Shown piece after piece: positions 46,226 through 56,142 of a stretch of DNA of 64,000 nucleotides. The first letter of the stretch is position 1, and each line of letters opens with the position of its first letter. The notes under the pieces were generated by a model, which made no database searches, was not told the DNA's origin, and saw only the letters and a program-made list of their open reading frames with translations. The DNA is taken from the IMG/VR virus record IMGVR_UViG_3300014205_005221, positions 1 to 64,000 of that record, one strand, 5' to 3'. The DNA is from a virus. Its lineage: Duplodnaviria; Caudoviricetes. A program made the translations under genes and the position numbers.

Positions 46226-48697
46226 TCAGACGAGCCGCCTGGCGCCGGACAAATCCGGGCCGCCCTGTCGCTGCTTGACCGCCGACGTAGGAACCGTCGG
46301 CATAGCGACCGGCTGCGGTGCATCAGGAGGTGTCGACACCGTGGGCATCGGAACCGGAGGCGGCCCACTCAACTCGACCTGCGGCATGGGGGCAGGCTTG
46401 GGCAACGGAGCTGTCACCGGTACGTCCTCGGGATCCACAGGCTCCTCGGCAACTTCAGGAGCGTGACCGTCCCCCTCCGGATCATCAACCAACTTCGGCT
46501 GCAGGTCCGCGATGTCCATGCTCAACTCAGCACGAGCACGGGCCGAAAGCTTGGCGCCCCACTCCGGATCGAAATCCGCCAAATCCAACACGTTTCCGAG
46601 CCCCTGCAGCTGCGGCCCCTTCTCGCTCGACTTCATCTGCGGGTGATACAGATCATCGGGGAAATACCAAAACGCGCCCGACTTCCGTACGATCTTGGAC
46701 GCCTCCAGCACCCGCATTGCAGCGTGCGCATCGGAGAACCCTTGGCCCAACACAAGATACAACTGGGCCGCCTGCATCGGCTTGCCGACTTTGTTCTTGG
46801 TCACCAGCGCCTGGCTCATCACCGAGTGCGTCTCGTTGATCTTCTCGCCCGACAGCGGGTCGACGCGCTCGCCCTTGAACTGCTTCACGATCTTGAACTG
46901 CACACGCTGCGAGCTGTAGAACTTCAGACCCGAGCCTCCCGGCGTAGTCGTCCGCTTGGGCATGCCCGGACGGGTGGGGCCGGTCTCGATGACGTCGCGC
47001 TCGTGATTGATGAAAATAGCAGCGGTGCCGGTCTTCGCCAGGAACGAAATCATCTTGGACAATTCGTTCTGCAGCAACCGAGCACGCTCCATAGCGGTGG
47101 TACGGGACTCGCCGTCCTCCTCCACCAGCTTGCGCGGAGCCATCGCCGCCACCGAATCGAAGATGGCCAGGCCCAGCTGTCCGGTGCGGATCGCCTGCGA
47201 CGCCACGGACATGCCCTGCTCCAGCGATGCGGCTGGGTACGGCTTGAACAGGTCGCGGTTGTCGACGTCCACACCCAGAGCCCGGAGATAGGGCTTGTCG
47301 AGAGCCTGCTCGAAGTCGACGTAAAGAACCGGCAGACCCATCTTCATGCACTCAGCGGCGCACTGAGCGGCCGTCGTGGTGTTGTGCGTCGGAATAAAGT
47401 CATCGGTCACAAACAACTTGCTCAAAGCGGACACCGAGATGCACTGCGCTTCAGCTCGACGAGAGAACTCCACCGACACCAGCACACGCGGGCGCATACC
47501 ATCGACCCAACCTGGACGCTCTCCGGTCTGCGAGCGTCGCGCCCAACACTCGGCCTTGCGCGCAAGCCGGAACAACGGCGAGGTCCGCGACGTGATCCGC
47601 GCGGTGTAGCACGGGAAATACTCGCCTCCACTCACGCGCACGCCCTTAGGCTGGCGCTGCCCCAAAGTCACCCGGCAGCCGAGCGAACGAGCCAGCCACA
47701 CCACGTCATCGCGAAGCTGTCGTGACGCAGATCCGAAGATCGCTGCACCACCGCCAGCACATGCCTCTGCATCAGTGTCGAGCAACCCCTGCAACACAGC
47801 AAGTCTCGTCTTTGCGGAAGCAATCTTGTAAGACTCAGGAACAAACTTAGTATCCGCCTTGTGTCCCATGACGCCCAACTCGCGCAACGACGCCGTAAGG
47901 GGATTCACCGAGCCGCCACGAGAACCGCACGAGAGACGGTACGACACACCGCGACCTGCGCGGCTTGCCTCGTACAGCTCCACCCCTGCAGGAAGCGTCT
48001 GAGAAACCGCATCAATCAACTCAGAATCAGCTGAAGTGAACAACGCGACGCCGCCCATACCGCCATCGCCGAGCAACAAGCCGAGCAGGTAGGGATCCAG
48101 CGGCAACGGACCCTCAGCGAAGTCCAGGTCCGGGCGCAGCTCCGCATCCAACACGGGACGACACGTCGAGCTGTTGAGCCGTGATGGCACCATCATTTCC
48201 GAGAGCGGCACCACCTTGTGCTCGACAAAAATCTGACGCTCACGACGCACACCACGCCGCTTGGACGACCGTCCTCCCTCCTGCACCCGACGGGACACGC
48301 GATATCGAAACGGCCACAAGTGATCGGCAGTGGACTCACACGTCGAACCGTCCGAAAACGTCAGACGGTAGATATCCATCTCGCCCTGCGGGAAAACGCC
48401 AGTGACCTCTGAAGGCTGTCCCTCAGGATCGATGACAGCATCTCCGACCTGCAGATCACCCATGCGAACATAGCCGGTAGGTGTCAACACCAAGCCGTCC
48501 AACGCAAGCGCCTTGCCTGATTGGCTGAGTCCGTACAGCTCTGCGATGCGCCCGCGCGCGATGCCGCCGCCCAACACAAAATCGAGAGCCAAATTACCGG
48601 TGGGAATGAATCCCTTATCACCGATGACAGACTCGTAGTCCAACTCTTCTTCGGCGTACGCCGCCTGAAGAATGTCATCAAGAGTTTTTACAGCCAC
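46226..48697 (-). CDS. recA: RecA-family recombinase with an intein
   Basis: IPTG..LD..LGGG, ELYG.SQSGK|TT, DSVAAM, FINHER, GGSGLKFYSS.R, KNKVG.P. Confidence 0.92.
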   Translation of the reverse strand: MAVKTLDDILQAAYAEEELDYESVIGDKGFIPTGNLALDFVLGGGIARGRIAELYGLSQSGKALALDGLVLTPTGYVRMGDLQVGDAVIDPEGQPSEVTGVFPQGEMDIYRLTFSDGSTCESTADHLWPFRYRVSRRVQEGGRSSKRRGVRRERQIFVEHKVVPLSEMMVPSRLNSSTCRPVLDAELRPDLDFAEGPLPLDPYLLGLLLGDGGMGGVALFTSADSELIDAVSQTLPAGVELYEASRAGRGVSYRLSCGSRGGSVNPLTASLRELGVMGHKADTKFVPESYKIASAKTRLAVLQGLLDTDAEACAGGGAAIFGSASRQLRDDVVWLARSLGCRVTLGQRQPKGVRVSGGEYFPCYTARITSRTSPLFRLARKAECWARRSQTGERPGWVDGMRPRVLVSVEFSRRAEAQCISVSALSKLFVTDDFIPTHNTTTAAQCAAECMKMGLPVLYVDFEQALDKPYLRALGVDVDNRDLFKPYPAASLEQGMSVASQAIRTGQLGLAIFDSVAAMAPRKLVEEDGESRTTAMERARLLQNELSKMISFLAKTGTAAIFINHERDVIETGPTRPGMPKRTTTPGGSGLKFYSSQRVQFKIVKQFKGERVDPLSGEKINETHSVMSQALVTKNKVGKPMQAAQLYLVLGQGFSDAHAAMRVLEASKIVRKSGAFWYFPDDLYHPQMKSSEKGPQLQGLGNVLDLADFDPEWGAKLSARARAELSMDIADLQPKLVDDPEGDGHAPEVAEEPVDPEDVPVTAPLPKPAPMPQVELSGPPPVPMPTVSTPPDAPQPVAMPTVPTSAVKQRQGGPDLSGARRLV
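47381..48511 (-). mobile_element. intein (377 aa) with LAGLIDADG endonuclease; Ala1, class 3 signature
   Basis: ALALD start; TADHLW; LGLLLGDG and LQGLLDTD; AQCISV; THN|T. Confidence 0.88.
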
Positions 48698-48820
48698 AGA
48701 AAGCTCCTCAGAAAACAAACACGGCCCGGGAGTCGAAGCCATTCCGCCGGGATCTAGCGAGGCGACTCAACCGGGCCGTGCGATAGCGATTATACCCGGC
48801 CGAAAACAAAACAAACAACG

Positions 48821-49366
48821 TCACGCTGCGAGACGCGCCAGCAGGCGGCGAGCAGGAGGATCTTCGAGATACTCCGCACCCCTCCGGAACGCCGCAGGAT
48901 CATCTCGAAGATGTCCGACAATCTTGCGGTTGCACATCGTGCACAGAAGTCCTCGAACGCACAACGTGCACGCATTTTCTGCCGGATGGTCTGCAGTGCA
49001 CGAATGATTGTGATCCACCGCAAGGCGCTTAGACTTTCCGTAAGCACGCTCGCAGATGTAGCACATTCCCTTTTGAAACTCGTACAGCTGCCAGTAGAAC
49101 TCAGAAGAAATGCCGTACGTCTTCACCACACGACGTGCATGCGACGCGGCGCTGTCCACAGCTCTCTTAGCACGAGTATGCGTAGTGCAACGCGGACCAG
49201 GAACTAGCTTGCCGCTTTTGTCTTTCGCCAAGGGACGACGCACACGAGGGCGATACTGCTTGTCCGGAACAGGCTCCGTGCCCGGCTCCAGATACGGCAG
49301 CGCCCGGCATTCCTTGCACTCCGGGGGAGGCTTCACTGGCGCTGGTTTACGAACCCGAGGTGGCAT
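48821..49366 (-). CDS. endonuclease VII-family resolvase
   Basis: YGIS..Y..Q.G.C.IC, LAVDHNH, VRGLLC..CN. Confidence 0.88.
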   Translation of the reverse strand: MPPRVRKPAPVKPPPECKECRALPYLEPGTEPVPDKQYRPRVRRPLAKDKSGKLVPGPRCTTHTRAKRAVDSAASHARRVVKTYGISSEFYWQLYEFQKGMCYICERAYGKSKRLAVDHNHSCTADHPAENACTLCVRGLLCTMCNRKIVGHLRDDPAAFRRGAEYLEDPPARRLLARLAA

Positions 49367-49430
49367 AGCTCAACCTTCGTCTAAAGACACCACCGGCCGG
49401 GCACCCGTAGATGCCCGGCCGGTGACAGCG

Positions 49431-50441
49431 TCACTTCATGTCGAGATTGAGACCAGCCATGATGTCAGAGAACGAGTTGCTCTCCTTGGCCTTGGACTGC
49501 GGAATCGCCGACGTAGTAGCGGTCTCCGGCTCCTCGGCAGCCGCAGGAGAGCCCACCGTGTCATCCAGATCCGCAAGGGAAGCGGCGGGAGCCTCTTCCT
49601 TCTTGGAGCCGGACTGCTGGTCGATCAGCGATCCCGAGAGCGTGGACGAGAAGTCCGGCTCCGGGATCTTGTTGCCGCCCTGCGACACCGACTGCCACTT
49701 CGCGATGATTGAGTCAACGTCGGACTTGGTGTAGCGCGGGTCCGACTTGCGACCGCAGTACGCGGAGAGATCGCCAGCGTTGTTGCCCTGGAAGATCTCC
49801 TCGGCCTCCGCCAGCTTCTTGGGGTTAGCCGCGAGTACGCAGCGGGGAGCACCCTGGATCTCGTAGTTCTGGAACTTGGGGCTGTTGCACGGGCCGAGCG
49901 TCAGGTCGACGTCCAGCACGTTGCCGTTCTCAGCGAACTCCTCCAGCACCGCAACCACACGGGCGTACCGGCGCTCGGTCATTTTGAAGACCTTGACCTG
50001 AATGCTGATCGGCTCAGCAGCCTTGGAGGTGTTGCCCTGGCACGCGTACTCGAACACGTGCACCGCCCACTTGCGCTCCGGCTTCTCGAACCACTCCGAG
50101 TGGTCGAGCGCAGCCTTGCACATCACACAGTTGTCAGGGTCGATGCCGCGATCGGACAGCGCGTCATCCGCGCCGTGGCAGATCGGAGAACCGACGTACT
50201 CCAGGTCGGGGACCTCACGGGTCTCCTTGTCGTCGCCCTTACCGACCTCGATGGTCTTCATGACCAGCTGACCGGTGACATTGGACAGGCGCGGAGCCCG
50301 AAGCTGGTGAACCCACTCAAAGGTGGGCTCCGCCTCGGCCAACTTGATACGGGTGTTGTCCCCGATCTTGTCCAGCTTCAGGACGGGAAAAGACGTCCCT
50401 GACGCCCGGACGTTCGTCGACGCAAAACTCGACTTTGGCAC
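49431..50441 (-). CDS. putative ssDNA-binding protein (gp32-like)
   Basis: Cys cluster, acidic low-complexity tail, replication context. Confidence 0.55.
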   Translation of the reverse strand: MPKSSFASTNVRASGTSFPVLKLDKIGDNTRIKLAEAEPTFEWVHQLRAPRLSNVTGQLVMKTIEVGKGDDKETREVPDLEYVGSPICHGADDALSDRGIDPDNCVMCKAALDHSEWFEKPERKWAVHVFEYACQGNTSKAAEPISIQVKVFKMTERRYARVVAVLEEFAENGNVLDVDLTLGPCNSPKFQNYEIQGAPRCVLAANPKKLAEAEEIFQGNNAGDLSAYCGRKSDPRYTKSDVDSIIAKWQSVSQGGNKIPEPDFSSTLSGSLIDQQSGSKKEEAPAASLADLDDTVGSPAAAEEPETATTSAIPQSKAKESNSFSDIMAGLNLDMK

Positions 50442-50524
50442 GGCACTCTCGCTCTCTCTGATTCACAAGTGCGGCTCCGTGAGCCACGAACTACTTATAC
50501 CCGGAAGGCCCGACAGTTTCGGGA

Positions 50525-51058
50525 TCAGCAGTGATTCCACAAACCGCGATGCGCATTCCTGGCTTCTGTTTCGGCTGCTTCGATGTCAGACTGCAAAGAA
50601 ACAGGCCGCTTGTCATAAACGTAATTGCGTGACATTCCTGCACGTGCAGACTCAACACTGAAATCCAATGTCTGATTGTCTTTGACGTACTTCACGTACG
50701 CCAATCGACGACCATACCGATCCGTGTCTTCCCTACCGGCTTCCGTCTGCAAAGCCACCTGCGAACCGATCGGCAGCTGCAGCTTCGCCCACGCCGTGGA
50801 CTCCGGACCACCGCACTGCACCGGAGTGTTGGGCTTGCGCGTCTCCGGGGAATCGATCCCCAAGATGCGCACGGTCAACGTGCCTTCGCGCACCACAATG
50901 GTATCCCCGTCCACCACACGCGTGACGGTCTCCTGCTGCACGTTCGTGCCCGGAACAGGGTCCACGGCAGGCATGTAGCTCGACAGCGATCCGCACCCCG
51001 CGAGCAGACCGGCACACACCAGCAACGCAGTCAGCCCACGACTACCTCTCTTGCACAT
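50525..51058 (-). CDS. thermonuclease (SNase) lipoprotein
   Basis: LLAGC lipobox; VVDGDT, R.LGIDSPE, DRYGR.LAY, GLW. Confidence 0.9.
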   Translation of the reverse strand: MCKRGSRGLTALLVCAGLLAGCGSLSSYMPAVDPVPGTNVQQETVTRVVDGDTIVVREGTLTVRILGIDSPETRKPNTPVQCGGPESTAWAKLQLPIGSQVALQTEAGREDTDRYGRRLAYVKYVKDNQTLDFSVESARAGMSRNYVYDKRPVSLQSDIEAAETEARNAHRGLWNHC

Positions 51059-51266
51059 TCTCCCACGCCCTGATCACGGCCTCGCCCACCACAGCCAACT
51101 TGTACAGGTCACGGAGATCCCCCAACGAAATCCCCGTGACCTCTCCCTGCTCGGTGAGCGTCGCAGCGAGAACCAACGTGTCATCAGGAGCGCCAGCGTT
51201 AGCAGCCAGCGTATGTCGAAGGTCGCCCACCGGGGTGCCGTCCGGGTACGGCAACGCGTCACCCAT
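51042..51266 (-). CDS. hypothetical protein
   Basis: GGAG RBS; overlaps neighbours. Confidence 0.55.
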   Translation of the reverse strand: MGDALPYPDGTPVGDLRHTLAANAGAPDDTLVLAATLTEQGEVTGISLGDLRDLYKLAVVGEAVIRAWENVQER

Positions 51267-51831
51267 CGGTGCGCTCCAAACGATGCTCCACAGAGAACAG
51301 CCGCAGCATCGCGTGCAGATCGAAGCGCACCGATTCCAGGCCCTTATAGACCCGCTCCAGCCCGCGCACAGCATCGTCAGCAGCGTCGAGCACCCGCTCA
51401 CGCTGGCGCATCACGATCCGATCGCCCATGACCGCCACATCGGCTCGGGCGTACCGCTCGCGCGGTCCCTCCACCTCACCAGAGCCGGTGAACGTCCCCT
51501 TTCGGCGACTGGTTGCGCCGCCTCCCGCCACACGCTCCGCCCACTTGTCATCCACACGAGCAGTCGATCGCTTGAAGACAACCCGAGCGCCGGTACGGAA
51601 GCGCGAGACCTCCGAGAGCAGCACCTCAACGGCGTCCAAACGCAGCCGGACATCGGCCAGACATTCGAGCAGCGCACCCGATCCCATGGAAAGACTAGGG
51701 AGACCGTTGCGATAACGATGCTCCTCAGCCTCGTTCAGCTTCACCTCCAGCATGGCCTCCGCGTCAGAGATCCACTCGTCAACCTGCTCAGAGGTCATCT
51801 CTGTTACCGGAGTACCCGCTGGAGCTGTCAC
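51259..51831 (-). CDS. hypothetical helical protein
   Basis: GTGA overlap. Confidence 0.65.
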   Translation of the reverse strand: MTAPAGTPVTEMTSEQVDEWISDAEAMLEVKLNEAEEHRYRNGLPSLSMGSGALLECLADVRLRLDAVEVLLSEVSRFRTGARVVFKRSTARVDDKWAERVAGGGATSRRKGTFTGSGEVEGPRERYARADVAVMGDRIVMRQRERVLDAADDAVRGLERVYKGLESVRFDLHAMLRLFSVEHRLERTDG

Positions 51832-52151
51832 GAAATCGCTGCCTTCACCTTCTGAGAAACCTCGCCGTACTCATCGGCCGCTGCCTTAAGCATCGGCATG
51901 CCGACCGTCTCCAGCCAGCCCTTCTGATTCACATCGTTACGCGCAGCCGATGTCAGTCGCTTCCAGATCAAAACCCGGGCAAGCGCCGACAGCACCTCGT
52001 AACGAAGGATGAGCGGAATGGAGTCGAACAAAGACTCCGACACACCCCACTCCGCCATCAGCTTCTCGAAGTCGGACGAATCCAACTCCACTTCTGGCTT
52101 GACCCACGAACCGTCTCCCAGCTCCAGGCTGGATCCCTCAACAACGCGCAT
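51828..52151 (-). CDS. hypothetical protein
   Basis: GGG-TAGGAC-N6-ATG. Confidence 0.7.
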   Translation of the reverse strand: MRVVEGSSLELGDGSWVKPEVELDSSDFEKLMAEWGVSESLFDSIPLILRYEVLSALARVLIWKRLTSAARNDVNQKGWLETVGMPMLKAAADEYGEVSQKVKAAIS

Positions 52152-52168
52152 AAGAACGTCCTACCCGA

Positions 52169-54151
52169 TCAGGAAGCCGCTGCAGTTGGAATAATAATCT
52201 GGAACTGCTCATCCAACTTCAACGCGTGCATGTCGCCCCACTTGACTCCGACTTCCCAATCCGCGCGGAGATTCGGCCACCCCTCAATGGGAAACACGAC
52301 CTCGGGCTGCACCAGATCGATGACCGCCTGCGGAGGAACCGTATGGTGAGTCTCGAACACCAGCGCGTCGTGGATGTTCATAATCATATGAATGCGATCC
52401 GCATACTCCGACTGCTCGATCGCCCGGTCGCAGCGCACCATCGCGATGCGCATGACGTCCGCCGCGCCGCCCTGCACAGGAGCGTTGACGCACAGACGCT
52501 CGCCGTTGGCCCGGATTGCAGGCTTGTCAGACTCCAACGCCCAGATCGGATGTACACGGCCGAACTTGCTCAGCGTGCGACCGTTGGCGACACCAGAGCG
52601 CGTCTGCTTGTCCACCCAGCTCTTCACCGACGAGTAGATCGCAAAGTACTTCTGCAGGAACGCCTTGGCCTCATCAATCGAGATGCCCATGCGCTCGGCC
52701 ATTCCCTTAGGACCCTGGCCATACAGCAAAGAGAAGTTAATGGTCTTCCCGATCGAACGCTGCTCGTCGGTGACTTCATCCACCGGGATACCGAACATCA
52801 GCGCCGACGTCATCCGGTGCACGTCGATCTCTTCGTTGAACGCCTTCACCAGCGCGGGCTCACCGGAAAGCCCAGCCAGCACGCGCAGCTCCACCTGCGA
52901 ATAGTCGAACCCGATCAGATAGTGATGCGGTGCGGCCACCACGATGTTGCGGAACTTGATCGCAAACTCTTCGCCGCTCTTGAGCTTGTAAAAGTACTTC
53001 TTGGGCAGCTGCTGATAGGCAGGGTCCGACACCGCGAAACGGCCCGAGACCACCGCGCAGGACTGATGCGAAGGATGTCCTCGACCGTCCTCAGCGTAAT
53101 TGAAGTCGCGAGGATACTTGGTCAAATACGAGCCGGACAGCTTGCGCAACTCTCGCCACTCCAAGATGCGCTGCACCGCTGGATTCTTCTTCGCAAGCCC
53201 GGCAAGCGCCTTCGCGTCGGTGCTCATGCCACCAGAATCAGTGAGCTTGGTGGTACGAAGGCCCATCTTCCCGTAGAGAACCGACGACACCTGCGGCGAT
53301 GAACTCAGATTAATGTCAATCGCTTCGCCGGTGATCTCCGAAAGATCCTGCATGATCTCCGCGCGCATCGCATCCGCGAAAGCCTGAGCCCGGACATCCC
53401 ACTTGCTCATCGTCGCCCAGTCCAGCTGGATGCCCCGGTCCTCCATCTTCGCGAGGATAGGAATGATCTGCATGTCAACACGAAACATCAGCCGGTCCTT
53501 GACCAGCGGAAAGTGCTTCCGGTGCAGCCCGAGCGTCCACGCCGAGTCCTCGCACGCATACGACACCGTGCGGGAGTCCAACGGAAGCGTGTTGAACCGC
53601 TGAGCCTTGTTCTGCTTGGCTGTAGCGTCCGGGAACAGATCGGAGAACTCGGTCATCTTGTGGCCGAACACCTCCAGCACGGCCGCCTTCAGACCCACCA
53701 TGCGGAAACGGCCCAGCGCCCACAGCTCGACCATCGAGTCCGAGCGGATCGGGTAGTACCCGTTCGACTTGAGACCAAATGAGAGCAGGTCTTTCTCCGT
53801 CAAATTCTCTCGGAGAAACTTGGCAATGTGTCGAAGCTCGAACAAACCGTTGTGCGGAACACCGAACCCTGAACCGAGCAGCTTCGCAAGCAGATACGCG
53901 AAGTCCTTAACGTTCTCAGCGTTGCCGCCATCGTCGTGGCGAAGTGGGGTGTAGCGCGCCCAAGATGGGTGACCCGAGTAAGAGATCCCGGTGATGAACG
54001 CCGTCTCAGGGTGCAGCGAAAACTTCTCGCGGGGCGGGCCTGAATAGCCCGTCTCGATGTCGAACCCGAACCCATCCTCGATACCAGCCAGCTTGTCAAA
54101 AAGCTTTTCGATCTGGTCGAGATCAGTGAGCACATCAAAATCAACGGCCAC
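52169..54151 (-). CDS. polA: family A DNA polymerase with 3'-5' exonuclease
   Basis: DIET, DYSQVELR, R..GKTINF.LLYG, NAPVQG.AAD, IHD. Confidence 0.95.
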   Translation of the reverse strand: MAVDFDVLTDLDQIEKLFDKLAGIEDGFGFDIETGYSGPPREKFSLHPETAFITGISYSGHPSWARYTPLRHDDGGNAENVKDFAYLLAKLLGSGFGVPHNGLFELRHIAKFLRENLTEKDLLSFGLKSNGYYPIRSDSMVELWALGRFRMVGLKAAVLEVFGHKMTEFSDLFPDATAKQNKAQRFNTLPLDSRTVSYACEDSAWTLGLHRKHFPLVKDRLMFRVDMQIIPILAKMEDRGIQLDWATMSKWDVRAQAFADAMRAEIMQDLSEITGEAIDINLSSSPQVSSVLYGKMGLRTTKLTDSGGMSTDAKALAGLAKKNPAVQRILEWRELRKLSGSYLTKYPRDFNYAEDGRGHPSHQSCAVVSGRFAVSDPAYQQLPKKYFYKLKSGEEFAIKFRNIVVAAPHHYLIGFDYSQVELRVLAGLSGEPALVKAFNEEIDVHRMTSALMFGIPVDEVTDEQRSIGKTINFSLLYGQGPKGMAERMGISIDEAKAFLQKYFAIYSSVKSWVDKQTRSGVANGRTLSKFGRVHPIWALESDKPAIRANGERLCVNAPVQGGAADVMRIAMVRCDRAIEQSEYADRIHMIMNIHDALVFETHHTVPPQAVIDLVQPEVVFPIEGWPNLRADWEVGVKWGDMHALKLDEQFQIIIPTAAAS

Positions 54152-54271
54152 GAGGTGCCTTACTACTAAGGGAGCCGCACTGAAAACTGCTAAGTCTGAA
54201 AAAACGACTTACCTGCAGAGCCGGTCTCCACGCCGCGTGTTCACACTCGCATTCGAGCGTGGGCCATTCTT

Positions 54272-55381
54272 CTACCCAGTGGGTGACCACGACGCGATCA
54301 GCGATTCCCCAAAACCCAACGGCACTACCTGCGATGATCCCAGTCTGGAATCAAAATCAGCGATCAGATTCCGACAGCGCCTGACCCGAGTGAGGTCAAA
54401 CTTCCGTGCGATGTTGAATCGCTGATCTCCACGATGCGCATAGTGAAGAATCATGTGTCGGGGGATCTGCAGCCGCCTCATAACCTGATCCAGATGCTCA
54501 CCTGTAGCCAGCGCGCCGTGCAACGCTGAAAGCCAGTCCACCCGCTGCGCAAGCAACCCGAGAATCTTCCGCCAATCCGAATGCTCGAAAGTCTGATCTG
54601 AGATCGACGCGAAAGCCTCCAGCTTCCTGTCGAACAACAAATGCTCCACAAAATCCTCGGCACCGTACATTCCCGCAATCAGCTGCACGCGCTCCTGAAA
54701 CTCCGACGTCGCCAGCGCGGTGAGATCGGTATAGCCGAGCAGCACGAACGTGCGCACCACGTCGCGAGCGAGCAGCGTAGAACCACCCACGCGACGCCAC
54801 AGAAACTCCGCCTGACGCTGCGAGATAGGAACCTGCAACGAAAGCCAACGCTGCGCTGATGACGGCTTGGTCGGATCCTGCTGATCAGCTGAAAGCGAAG
54901 CACACGAAATGACGCCAGCGCCCGTGTAATCACGAAGCGACGACTCCCACTCCTCGTAACTGTCCTCCCACACCGGAGCACCCGGAAGGCTCTTCTCGCG
55001 GTTGCGCACGCGCTTGCCCAGCCGGTTGCGGTCGAGCACCAACACCAGCGACGTCTCGGGAAACGCCTTCGCTCCCTCGATGAACGTCTTCAGATTCGTC
55101 CACGACCGATCGCGCATCTTGTCAGCGTGATGAATGACGACCAATCGACGCGAGATCCCCGGCATAGGCTGGGTGAACACTGCGTCCCAGATCTGCGCCG
55201 CCGTAGCCGCCTCAGAATCGCCCGAGCGGCCCGCGTGCAGATACGTAGCCTCCTGCGCGCCCGCGAGCCGCACAGCGGTATCCAGAGCCTCCGCGCGCAG
55301 CACCGCGTCCTCACCGTGAATGACGGTAATCCGGTAACGCTTGGGCTTTCCCGAAGAAACCCACTGCAGAAAAGATGGCAC
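54272..55381 (-). CDS. clamp-loader delta (HolA)-like protein
   Basis: IHGED..L..EA and RRLVVIHHADK patterns; context. Confidence 0.55.
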   Translation of the reverse strand: MPSFLQWVSSGKPKRYRITVIHGEDAVLRAEALDTAVRLAGAQEATYLHAGRSGDSEAATAAQIWDAVFTQPMPGISRRLVVIHHADKMRDRSWTNLKTFIEGAKAFPETSLVLVLDRNRLGKRVRNREKSLPGAPVWEDSYEEWESSLRDYTGAGVISCASLSADQQDPTKPSSAQRWLSLQVPISQRQAEFLWRRVGGSTLLARDVVRTFVLLGYTDLTALATSEFQERVQLIAGMYGAEDFVEHLLFDRKLEAFASISDQTFEHSDWRKILGLLAQRVDWLSALHGALATGEHLDQVMRRLQIPRHMILHYAHRGDQRFNIARKFDLTRVRRCRNLIADFDSRLGSSQVVPLGFGESLIASWSPTG

Positions 55382-55462
55382 GCTTTCTCCTACCCCACAC
55401 AGCAAGAGGCCCCTTGGCGGTCACCAAGGGGCCTCAGATTCCCGGTCGGAGGAACCGGGAAG

Positions 55463-55750
55463 TCACCGAGAATGATCGTTCGCCCAGAACATGTCAAGCA
55501 AGACCTGCTCGACAATCCAGCGAAGATCGTTCTTACGTTCGATCTGACGGTTGATCCAAAGGAACCGCTTGTGCCAGTCCGCGAAATCCGGACGCGCCAA
55601 CTTCGGACCCTCCACCCGGATCCGCTCCAACAGGTGCAGCCACTCACCGGTCGAGAGCTTGCCGTCGGAGATTTCGCTGACCAGCGCGGTCAACCACTCC
55701 GCTCGCAGCAGCTTGGAACTCTTGATCTGAAGTGTGTCGGTGTTCGTCAT
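55463..55750 (-). CDS. MTNT-tagged hypothetical protein
   Basis: TTGCTG-N17-TACAGT-N7-ATG; hairpin downstream. Confidence 0.8.
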   Translation of the reverse strand: MTNTDTLQIKSSKLLRAEWLTALVSEISDGKLSTGEWLHLLERIRVEGPKLARPDFADWHKRFLWINRQIERKNDLRWIVEQVLLDMFWANDHSR

Positions 55751-55779
55751 GACAGCAACTGTAGCAGAGTCCAGCTAGG

Positions 55780-56112
55780 TCAGCAAGTCAATCGCATCTT
55801 CGTGATATAGCCCCGCCAGAACTCTGCTGGGTCGACGTTGGCGACCTCGGAGGCAACCACCACCCAGCGCGCCGTCTCCACGCCACCGGTGAGCAAAGCG
55901 ATGTCACGATCCGAATCCGCACGTAGACCCAGCCGAGCAAAAAGATCGGCATAGCGCGCCCGGAACATCGCCGCGCTCATATCGGCATCCTCAGCAGCCA
56001 CGATCGGAAGCACCGCTGTGACGACCTCCCACAGAGGCTCTCGCTCCGACAGGGCGCGGGTCGCGGTCATCATCTCGTCAACCTCTTCCTTAAAATCATC
56101 GTCGGCTGGCAT
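55780..56112 (-). CDS. hypothetical protein
   Basis: 110 aa, in operon. Confidence 0.55.
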   Translation of the reverse strand: MPADDDFKEEVDEMMTATRALSEREPLWEVVTAVLPIVAAEDADMSAAMFRARYADLFARLGLRADSDRDIALLTGGVETARWVVVASEVANVDPAEFWRGYITKMRLTC

Positions 56113-56142
56113 GTGACCGCCTTGGTACTGAAGATCCACCTC

